Source: Acidimicrobiia bacterium (GTDB lineage Bacteria; Actinomycetota; Acidimicrobiia; Acidimicrobiales; Bin134). Taken from it: a stretch of 64,000 nt of DNA. The stretch covers positions 11,572-75,571 of the forward strand of contig VYEX01000021.1 in assembly GCA_009842675.1 (NCBI GenBank). The letters are read 5' to 3'. This document shows, piece by piece, positions 1-7,030 of this stretch. Both the position numbers and the translations under genes were made by a program. Positions within the stretch are counted from its first letter, which is position 1. Each line of letters starts with the position of its first letter. The notes under the pieces were generated by a model, which saw only the letters and a list, made by a program, of their open reading frames with translations, did no database searches and had not been told where the DNA came from.

Positions 1-211
1 CTCGCACCATGCCCTGGAACTCGGCCTCGGCCTCGGGATCGTCGGGCCGAGCAGTGGGGAACAATCGAGTAAGTACCTCGTCTGCGGGGTCGTCGGCCAG
101 CAGCCCCCGCAGATCGGGGACGATGGCGGCGATGAGTGCCCTCTCCTCGTCCCGCAGGTCCAGGCGGTAGGTCCCGTCCCCGTTGGGCTCAATCGGCCGC
201 CGCGGAGCCAT
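1..211 (-). CDS. DUF2017-like conserved protein, N-terminal part (gene runs off the left window edge)
   Basis: Minus-strand ATG at 211..209 shares one base with the clpS stop (TAATG). Translation is MAPRRPIEPNGDGTYRLDLRDEERALIAAIVPDLRGLLADDPADEVLTRLFPTARPDDPEAEAEF... It resembles the conserved actinobacterial protein usually found just downstream of clpS. Absent from the ORF track because it is open at the edge. Confidence 0.55.
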   Translation of the reverse strand, partial: MAPRRPIEPNGDGTYRLDLRDEERALIAAIVPDLRGLLADDPADEVLTRLFPTARPDDPEAEAEFQGMVR

Positions 212-519
212 TAGTCGTCGTGCTCCATGGTGGCCCACAAGCCGTGCTCGTGCAGGCGAAAGACATCCATCTCCGCCTTCTCCTTGGGGCCGTCCGACAC
301 CACGGCGCGGCCCTTGTAGTGAACATCCAGCATCAACTGGGTGGCCTTCTCTTTGCTGTAGCCGAACAGCTTCTGGAAGACGAAGGTCACGTACGACATC
401 AGGTTGATGGGGTCATTCCACACGATCACCTTCCAGGGCCGGTCGGGCCGCACGTCCGTTTCACCGGTGGTTTCTCTCACCTCCGAGGGCGCAATTTCGA
501 CGGGCGCGGCGGGGGTCAT
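211..519 (-). CDS. clpS: ATP-dependent Clp protease adaptor ClpS
   Basis: C-terminal 80 aa read WKVIVWNDPINLMSYVTFVFQKLFGYSKEKATQLMLDVHYKGRAVV..., a typical ClpS core. I chose the internal ATG at 519 (MTPAAPVEI...), which forms an ATGA-type overlap with the ctaA stop. The ORF stays open up to 762. Confidence 0.88.
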   Translation of the reverse strand: MTPAAPVEIAPSEVRETTGETDVRPDRPWKVIVWNDPINLMSYVTFVFQKLFGYSKEKATQLMLDVHYKGRAVVSDGPKEKAEMDVFRLHEHGLWATMEHDD

Positions 520-1427
520 GCCGGCACGGCCTGGGCGACGTCGGCCTCTGCCCGCACGAGCGGGCCTCTCACATTGAGCCAGAAGAACACGGTGGCTATC
601 CACAGTAGGGCGGCCCCGGCGATGTGCGCCCCCACCAGCAGCACCGGCACACCGGTGAAATACTGCACGTACCCGATGAGCCCTTGGGCCAGAGCCACCC
701 CAAACACGGTCCGACCCCAGAGCTGAGCCCGCTCGGGTGCGCCCCGGTGACGAAGCCACCACACCAGCCCGGCCAACACCACCAGCAGCACCACCACTGT
801 GGTCCCGTGAATCTGGGCCACATCTCTCACGGCCACGTCGATGCGCTCGGCGTCCTCATCGCCGCTGTGCGGCCCGGCGCCGGTGACGATGGTGCCGGTA
901 ACGATCACCACTGAGGTGATGGCCACGACCGCATTTCCCACCCAATGGGGCCGGGGTCGGGGCTCGCTTTGGCGTTCGTAATCCTCCGATGACCGCCAGA
1001 GCAGAACCACCGCATTCCACAAAAGCACCATCGACAAGAGGAAGTGGCCGATCACCAGCGCCGGAGGCAGCTCGTAGAGCACGACCAATCCACCCAGCAC
1101 TATCTGGGCCAGCACGCCGGCCACCAAGCCCCACGACAGCCACACCAGATCAGACCGCCGCGGCGCTCGCCAGTGGGAACCCAAAACGGCGGCGATCACG
1201 ATGGCCGAAACCAGTCCGGTGATGAGCCGGTTGATGAATTCGATCATGGCGTGGGTCTCCAGCGGAGCCACCAGCTGGTCGTTGTCGCACGCTGGCCAAT
1301 CGGGGCAGCCCAGCCCGGACCCAGTGAGCCGGACCGCGCCCCCGCTTACGATGATCAATGCCAAAAGAGCCAGCGCCCAAATGGTGATCTTGCGGTAGGT
1401 AGCGGGAGAAACCCGGCGTTGGATCAC
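516..1427 (-). CDS. ctaA: heme A synthase (COX15/CtaA family)
   Basis: Polytopic membrane protein with N-terminal GGAVRLTGSGLGCPDWPAC and conserved His in TM segments (THAMIEFINR, GHFLL, AQIHG, GAHIAG). Divergent from ctaB, as in many Gram-positives. Confidence 0.85.
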   Translation of the reverse strand: MIQRRVSPATYRKITIWALALLALIIVSGGAVRLTGSGLGCPDWPACDNDQLVAPLETHAMIEFINRLITGLVSAIVIAAVLGSHWRAPRRSDLVWLSWGLVAGVLAQIVLGGLVVLYELPPALVIGHFLLSMVLLWNAVVLLWRSSEDYERQSEPRPRPHWVGNAVVAITSVVIVTGTIVTGAGPHSGDEDAERIDVAVRDVAQIHGTTVVVLLVVLAGLVWWLRHRGAPERAQLWGRTVFGVALAQGLIGYVQYFTGVPVLLVGAHIAGAALLWIATVFFWLNVRGPLVRAEADVAQAVPA

Positions 1428-1667
1428 GCCCCGAATTGTACGGGTCGCCTGTGACAGTCGGTCATCCCAAGCTGGGGGTTTTCAGGTCGATTATCGCGGG
1501 CAGAGGCCATGCCGGATACCTTGGCCTGCCCTGCGCCGAAACCGTACTCTGGGCTGGTCATGGGTGTCACCCGCTTGTCTGCTCGCAGCCGCACGCGCGT
1601 TGCCGAACCGAACACAAGCCCCGGTATCAGCCCTGGTCGCCTTTCCTCTCGCAACCCCCTGCGCTCA

Positions 1668-2528
1668 ATGCGGGCCTATGTTGCCCTGACAAAGCCCCGC
1701 ATTATCGAACTGCTGCTGGTAACCACCGTGCCCACCATGGTGGTAGCCGACCGGGGCATTCCCTCGGTGTGGCTGATGGTCGCCACCGTTGTCGGTGGGA
1801 CGCTGGCCGCCGGCGGTGCCAATGCCATCAACATGTACGTGGATCGCGACATCGATCGGCTGATGGAACGGACCAAGAACCGGCCCCTGGTAACCGGCGA
1901 GATCGCCGCCCCACGAGCCCTGGTCTTTGCCATCGCCCTCGAGGTACTGGCCTTCGTCTGGCTGTGGGGGTTTGTAAACCTGCTCAGCGCGATACTGGCG
2001 GTGTCGGCCACCGCGTTCTATGTGTTCGTTTACACGCTGTGGCTCAAGCGCACTTCTTCTCGCAACATAATCATCGGTGGGGCCGCCGGGGCCGTGCCCG
2101 TGCTGGTGGGCTGGGCGGCGGTCACCAACAGCCTCGACTGGGCGCCGCTGGTGCTGTTCGGCGTCATCTTCTACTGGACGCCCCCTCATTTCTGGGCCCT
2201 GGCCATCCGCTATCGCGACGACTATCGGGCGGCCAGCGTTCCCATGCTGCCCGCAGTCGCCAGCACTCGCACCACCGCGGTGCGGATGATTGGCTACACC
2301 GTGGTTCTGTGGGGGCTGTCGCTGCTGTTCAGCGCGATAGGCGAGATGGGCCTGGTGTACTTGGTGAGCGCCGTGGTGTTGGGAGCCGTCTTCTTGTACT
2401 ACGCCGTCCAAGTGCTGCGCACCCAAGCAACCGCGTCGGCAATGCGGCTGTTTTCTTACTCCATTACCTACATAACGCTGCTGTTCGCAGCGATGGTTGT
2501 CGACCAGGTGGTTCGCACCGGTGTTTAG
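1668..2528 (+). CDS. ctaB: protoheme IX farnesyltransferase (heme O synthase)
   Basis: MRAYVALTKPRIIELLLVTT..., GGANAINMYVDRDIDRLMERTKNRPL and YWTPPHFWALA are UbiA-family CtaB/CyoE motifs. The ORF is open from 1509. The ATG at 1668 was chosen to match the family N-terminus. Confidence 0.9.
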   Translation: MRAYVALTKPRIIELLLVTTVPTMVVADRGIPSVWLMVATVVGGTLAAGGANAINMYVDRDIDRLMERTKNRPLVTGEIAAPRALVFAIALEVLAFVWLWGFVNLLSAILAVSATAFYVFVYTLWLKRTSSRNIIIGGAAGAVPVLVGWAAVTNSLDWAPLVLFGVIFYWTPPHFWALAIRYRDDYRAASVPMLPAVASTRTTAVRMIGYTVVLWGLSLLFSAIGEMGLVYLVSAVVLGAVFLYYAVQVLRTQATASAMRLFSYSITYITLLFAAMVVDQVVRTGV

Positions 2529-2633
2529 CGAAAAAACCCGACCCGACAGGCTCGGTCAGCAAAGCTGTCTGATGCGAGATACAGCCAGGTCGCTGTATAA
2601 AGTTCCGACCCACACCCGCCTTCGTGGAACACG

Positions 2634-4277
2634 ATGACTCTTACTGAAACGAGGCCAGAAGCAGAAGCGGTCGCGGCAGGCGACGACTCGAGGCCGGCGA
2701 CCCAGTCGTCGGCCCCCCAGTGGACCCCTCCGACCGGCTTGGCTCGATTCCTGAGCACCGGCGACCACATGACCATCGGCCAGATGTATGTGGTCTTCTC
2801 GCTTGTCCTGGCGGGGTTGGCCCTGACCCTGGGCATGCTGATGGGCATCGAGCAGGCCGACATCGACGGAGGCTTCGGCGTCTTCAGCAACGCCAACGAG
2901 GTTTTCCAGGTATTCGGCCTCTACCGGACCACGCTGATTCTGTGCGGTTTGGTGCCTTTGTTCTTGGGCCTGGCCACCGCATTGGTTCCCCGCCAACTTG
3001 ATGCCTCTTCAATGGCATTCCCACGCGCCGCGGCCGCGGCGTTCTGGACTTGGCTGGTGGGCGCCATTACCCACATCGTGGCCACCTTTGCCTACGGCGG
3101 GCTGGGCTCGGTGCAAGCCGGCGCGGCCCGCGAGCAGTCGGTGGAACTGACCGTGCTTTCGCTGGGCCTGATCAGCTTGGGCCTTCTGGTCGGTTCTGGG
3201 GTGGTGTTCACCACCTTGGTCACCCAGCGCCCGTCGGGGATGGACCTTCTCCAGATGCCCGCCTTCTCGTGGTCGATGCTGGTGGCCACCGGTGTGTGGC
3301 TGTTCTCGTTGCCGGTGCTGCTGGCCAACTTGATTATTTCTTGGGTGGACATGAGGGGGGCCGACGCCCTGGCCTTCGGCGGGGGAGGCGCCCCCTTCGA
3401 TCAGGTTGCCTGGGCGTTTGACGCTCCTCAGGTGTTCGCCTGGACGATCCCACTGCTCGGCATCACCGCCGAGGTGTTCACCTCCGCCCACCGCAGCAGC
3501 CCCAAGATGTTCGAGCCCATGGCCTTCATCGTGGGGGCCTTCGGCTTCTTCTCTTTCGGCGCCTGGGCCCAGAGCTTCTTCGACAGCGCCGACCCCACCG
3601 CCACAGATGCCCACGTCGTGACCAGCGAGGTGCTGTTCACCGCGTTCGCCCTGGCTATCGCCCTGATGGTGGTGGCCTACGGGGGTTGGCTGGCGTTCAA
3701 CGCCTACTCGGCCGGACAGCGCCCGCAGATCACCCCGCAGTTCGCCCTGGTCACCGTGTCCGGCGCCCTGCTGACCGCCGCGGCGGTGACCGGTGTGTTG
3801 CGGGTGGCCGAACCCGCGCTGGGCGTGCTGCGAGAGGCCGACGGCGACATCTGGCGGGGTTTCTTCGACGCCATGGACGACCTCGAAACCTCCAGCCTGG
3901 TCAACGGGTTGATGAATTTCGCGGTACTGGCCGGGCTGCTGGCCGCAGTGGCCGGGCTCTTCCACTGGGCCCCCAAAATGCTGGGCCGCTCTCTCAACGC
4001 ACCCCTGGGGTTCTTGGCCGTGCTGCCGCTGGCCGGGGGCGCAATCCTCATCGGGGCCACCGATGTGCTGAGCGGATTCTTCGACCAACCGGACCGGCCC
4101 TTCGAAACCGGCAGCATCGGCGACATCGACGCGCTCGGCTTCGTGGAAGCCCTGAATGTGATCGGGCTGATTGGCTACGTCGCCGTGCTGGGCGGTTTGG
4201 CGCTAGTGGCGCTGAACGTGGCCCGCAGCCTCGCCACAGCACCGACGGCCGAGGCCGAGAGTGAAGGGGCGACCTGA
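2634..4277 (+). CDS. heme-copper oxidase subunit I-like membrane protein lacking the canonical His ligands (degenerate CoxI paralog)
   Basis: Collinear by eye with the CtaD in this window: DHMTIGQMY/DHKRIGIMY, MAFPRAAAAAFW/VAFPRLNAFSFW, LQMPAFSW/FRMPVLTW, HWAPKMLG/YWWPKAFG. All ligand motifs are substituted (see findings). Intact 547-aa ORF, GC3-rich, and its stop overlaps the next start (TGATG). Confidence 0.8.
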   Translation: MTLTETRPEAEAVAAGDDSRPATQSSAPQWTPPTGLARFLSTGDHMTIGQMYVVFSLVLAGLALTLGMLMGIEQADIDGGFGVFSNANEVFQVFGLYRTTLILCGLVPLFLGLATALVPRQLDASSMAFPRAAAAAFWTWLVGAITHIVATFAYGGLGSVQAGAAREQSVELTVLSLGLISLGLLVGSGVVFTTLVTQRPSGMDLLQMPAFSWSMLVATGVWLFSLPVLLANLIISWVDMRGADALAFGGGGAPFDQVAWAFDAPQVFAWTIPLLGITAEVFTSAHRSSPKMFEPMAFIVGAFGFFSFGAWAQSFFDSADPTATDAHVVTSEVLFTAFALAIALMVVAYGGWLAFNAYSAGQRPQITPQFALVTVSGALLTAAAVTGVLRVAEPALGVLREADGDIWRGFFDAMDDLETSSLVNGLMNFAVLAGLLAAVAGLFHWAPKMLGRSLNAPLGFLAVLPLAGGAILIGATDVLSGFFDQPDRPFETGSIGDIDALGFVEALNVIGLIGYVAVLGGLALVALNVARSLATAPTAEAESEGAT

Positions 4278-4873
4278 TGGCTGACATCCCCGTCGGAACT
4301 CCCCTGGCCGCTCCGCTGCCCCGCCAGCGCACCCTGCTGGTGGGCACCGTCTTCGGCACCGCCGCCACGCTCATGTACTTCGCCGGCCTGCTGGGCGTGT
4401 ACTTGCGGGAGCGGTCCGATGCCCTATCCGGTGGCGGGGAGTGGATCCCCTCTGGCGCAAACATCCAGTTGGCCCCGCCCACCGTTGCGGCGTGGACCAT
4501 GCTCATGTCGGTGGTCACCATGCAGTGGGCGGTGTATTCCATTGCCCGCGACGACCGCGCCCACGCCATCATGGCCACCGCGCTGACCACCCTGTTCGGC
4601 CTCTCCGTGGTGGTCACAACCTCATTCCAATACACCGAGATGGGCTTGGTGGCCGACGAGTCGATCGCGGCCGTGTTGATCTACACCATTTCGGCGTCGC
4701 ATCTGGTCATGATCGCTGTCGGCTTGGTGTTCCTGCTCCTGATGGCCTTTCGGGCCTTGGCCGGCCAGTACAGCAGCCGCCAGACCGACGGCTTCGTGGC
4801 CGCGTCCATCTATTGGTACGCCGTTGTATTCGTCTATGTCGTCATCTGGACGGCGATCTTCGTGCTGAAGTAG
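4277..4873 (+). CDS. cytochrome c oxidase subunit III-like membrane protein (paralog of CtaE)
   Basis: About five TM segments, collinear with the CtaE in this window: TMLMSVVTMQWAVYSIARDD vs FVLLMSSLTMVFAVSSIARGD, and ASIYWYAVVFVYVVIWTAIFVL vs IIGLYWHFVDIVWIVIFTIVYL. Start overlaps the upstream stop by 1 nt. Confidence 0.7.
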   Translation: MADIPVGTPLAAPLPRQRTLLVGTVFGTAATLMYFAGLLGVYLRERSDALSGGGEWIPSGANIQLAPPTVAAWTMLMSVVTMQWAVYSIARDDRAHAIMATALTTLFGLSVVVTTSFQYTEMGLVADESIAAVLIYTISASHLVMIAVGLVFLLLMAFRALAGQYSSRQTDGFVAASIYWYAVVFVYVVIWTAIFVLK

Positions 4874-4880
4874 GCGCTCC

Positions 4881-5714
4881 GTGTTCACCCCCGGCTTCCG
4901 TTTGTTCTTCGGTTTCACCCTCGCCGCGGTGGCCGCGGCCGCCGTCTATGGCGTGGCCAGCGGCAGCGCGGGCGAAATCGAGTACTTCGCGGTGCTCAAC
5001 GTGGAGACCTGGGTGGGCGTGCTCAGCCTGGGCTACAAGGGCGGCATCGGCGACCACGTTGGTTATGTGGTGCTGATGGGCTTCGCCGTCCTGTCCGCAT
5101 TGGTGGCCCTGTTCTTGGTGGCCTTCCGCGACGCCGACGCCGAGTCGGTGGGCGAGCTGATGGATGACGGCCGGACCCCTGAGACCCAAGCCAATCTGGA
5201 GGCCAACTACTGGCCGGCTGTGGCCGCCTTCGGAGCGGGGGCCATGATCGTAGGGCTGGTCACCCACGCCACCATCTTCGTGATCGGACTGGTGATCGTG
5301 GGAGCGGCGTTGTTCGAGTGGATGTTGGCGGCGTGGGCCGATCGGGCCACCGCCGACCCAGAGGTCAACCGCAATCTCCGAAACCGCATCATGCGCCCGG
5401 TGGAGTATCCGGTGACTGCCGCGCTGGGTGTTGCGGTACTGGTGCTGGCCCTGTCCCGCGTGTTCTTGACCGTGTCGCAGTTCAGCGCGGTGATGGTGGC
5501 TGGTTCGGTGGCCACCGTGATCTTCTTTATCGCGGTGGTGTTCGCCATTGGCCCCAAGATCAGCCGGTCGGTAATCGCCGGAACGGTGGCCCTGGTGTGT
5601 GTGGGTGTTTTGGTCGCTGGCGTGGTAACCGCGGCGATGGGCTCGCGCGACTTCCACCACAAGGCGCCGGCAGGCGAACACGGTGAACCCGCGACCGAGG
5701 ACGGAGGCCACTAG
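4881..5714 (+). CDS. polytopic membrane protein of unknown function with a subunit-IV-like two-helix hairpin
   Basis: GTG start 8 nt after the previous stop. Multiple hydrophobic helices. The segment NYWPAVAAFGAGAMIVGLVTHATIFVIGLVIVGAALFEWML aligns without gaps to the CtaD C-terminal extension SYWPIVLGGGILLVGYGIIYNLWLAAAGLVLLVAAIYGWIL. His/acid-rich tail ...HHKAPAGEHGEPATEDGGH. Confidence 0.6.
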   Translation: MFTPGFRLFFGFTLAAVAAAAVYGVASGSAGEIEYFAVLNVETWVGVLSLGYKGGIGDHVGYVVLMGFAVLSALVALFLVAFRDADAESVGELMDDGRTPETQANLEANYWPAVAAFGAGAMIVGLVTHATIFVIGLVIVGAALFEWMLAAWADRATADPEVNRNLRNRIMRPVEYPVTAALGVAVLVLALSRVFLTVSQFSAVMVAGSVATVIFFIAVVFAIGPKISRSVIAGTVALVCVGVLVAGVVTAAMGSRDFHHKAPAGEHGEPATEDGGH

Positions 5715-5748
5715 TCATGGCGCCGAAGTCCATTAGGGGCAGTGTCCG

Positions 5749-7011
5749 ATGAGCAAGCGAGCCAGGGGCCTGGTCTGGCTGTCAAGCCTGTTGGTGATCT
5801 TCGGCGCCATTGCCTTGATCGTGGTCGCCATCGTGGTCGACAAAGACCACCCGTTATCCACCCTGTCGCCGGTCGGCCGTCAAGGACGCGACATCGCCGA
5901 GCTCATCAACCCCATCTTCATCGTGGCCGGCGTGGTCTTCTTCCTGGTTCAGGGGGCGGTTCTGGCGCTGTGGTGGCGCTTCCGGGTAGCGGGCTCCGAC
6001 TCCGGTGACGGTGAATTCGGGTACTACGAAGACGACGAGTTCCCCGACCAGACCCACGGCAACAACCGCCTTGAGATCGCTTGGACCATTGTGCCCACCG
6101 TGCTGTTGGCCGTTATCTCGGTGTTCACCCTGGTGGCGCTGTTCGCCCTCGACGATGTGAAGGCATCTGACGAGGATCTTGTTGTAACTGTTATCGGCCA
6201 GCAGTGGTGGTGGGAGTACCAGTACCACCTGGACGGCGACACCGACACCGCACCTGATTTTGTGACCGCCAACGAACTGGTTATCCCGGTCGGGGTTGAT
6301 GTGGCCCTAGACATCAAATCGCGCGACGTGATCCACTCCTTCTGGATTCCCAAGCTGAACGGCAAGCGGGACGCCGTGCCCGGTCGCAGCCACGACTGGG
6401 TGATCCAAGCCGAAGAGCCCGGTCGCTTTCGGGGGCAGTGCACCGAGTTCTGCGGCCTGTCCCACGGCTACATGAAGATGGTGGCGGTGGCGCTGCCGCG
6501 TGCAGAATTCGCCCAGTGGAGAGACAATCAGATCACCCCGGCCGACATGCCCGAAGAGGGCACGCAGGCGGGCGAGGGGTGGGCCACCTTTAGCCAGCAG
6601 TGCGCCAATTGCCACGTGATCAACGGGGTCACTTCAGCGGCCAACCGCGGCGGCGACCCTGAATCGGCCCCCGACACCTGGGACATCTACGGCGAGTTCA
6701 ATGGCCCACACGCCGGCACTTACACCGACGAACTGGTGGCCGGCGCGGCCCCCAACCTGACCCACCTGATGACCCGGACCACGTTTGCCGGGTCGGCGTT
6801 CGATCTCTATCTCGACGCCGGCGACGACATCCCGTATCTGGTCTTGTCCGACAAAGGCACGCTCAACCGGGGCGAACTTGAGGCCTGGATATTCAACGCC
6901 CCCGAGCGCAAGCCGGCCGACGCCGACGACCTCCGGGGCATGCCCGCCCGCACCGGACTGAGTCCGGACGACATCGACAATGTCGTTGCCTTCCTGTCCA
7001 CCCTCGACTGA
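5749..7011 (+). CDS. ctaC: cytochrome c oxidase subunit II with fused C-terminal cytochrome c domain (caa3-type)
   Basis: CuA site DVIHSFWIPKLNGKRD...CTEFCGLSHGYMKM. C-terminal heme-binding CANCH with a downstream GMPA Met-ligand region. Two N-terminal TM helices. Confidence 0.93.
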   Translation: MSKRARGLVWLSSLLVIFGAIALIVVAIVVDKDHPLSTLSPVGRQGRDIAELINPIFIVAGVVFFLVQGAVLALWWRFRVAGSDSGDGEFGYYEDDEFPDQTHGNNRLEIAWTIVPTVLLAVISVFTLVALFALDDVKASDEDLVVTVIGQQWWWEYQYHLDGDTDTAPDFVTANELVIPVGVDVALDIKSRDVIHSFWIPKLNGKRDAVPGRSHDWVIQAEEPGRFRGQCTEFCGLSHGYMKMVAVALPRAEFAQWRDNQITPADMPEEGTQAGEGWATFSQQCANCHVINGVTSAANRGGDPESAPDTWDIYGEFNGPHAGTYTDELVAGAAPNLTHLMTRTTFAGSAFDLYLDAGDDIPYLVLSDKGTLNRGELEAWIFNAPERKPADADDLRGMPARTGLSPDDIDNVVAFLSTLD

Positions 7012-7030
7012 TTGTGATTGCGAAGAGCCG

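Noticed and set aside
3009-4088. Long antisense or alternative-frame ORFs throughout the track. Examples: 3009..4088 (-), 4842..5711 (-), 7766..9175 (-), 33..34 kb (+), 42992..43831 (-), 53376..54635 (-), 54872..56236 (-).
   Set aside because: They overlap genes with clear family motifs. Their translations are Arg/Gly/Pro/His-rich low-complexity strings typical of shadow ORFs in high-GC DNA. No independent evidence of coding.
2634-4277. The ligand-less CoxI-like gene as a simple decaying pseudogene.
   Set aside because: The 547-codon frame is uninterrupted and hydrophobic helix periodicity is retained. Several non-ligand motifs are conserved, and the stop/start overlap with the next gene is intact. 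A pseudogene remains possible only if the inactivation is very recent, so I kept it as a CDS and flagged it as a finding.
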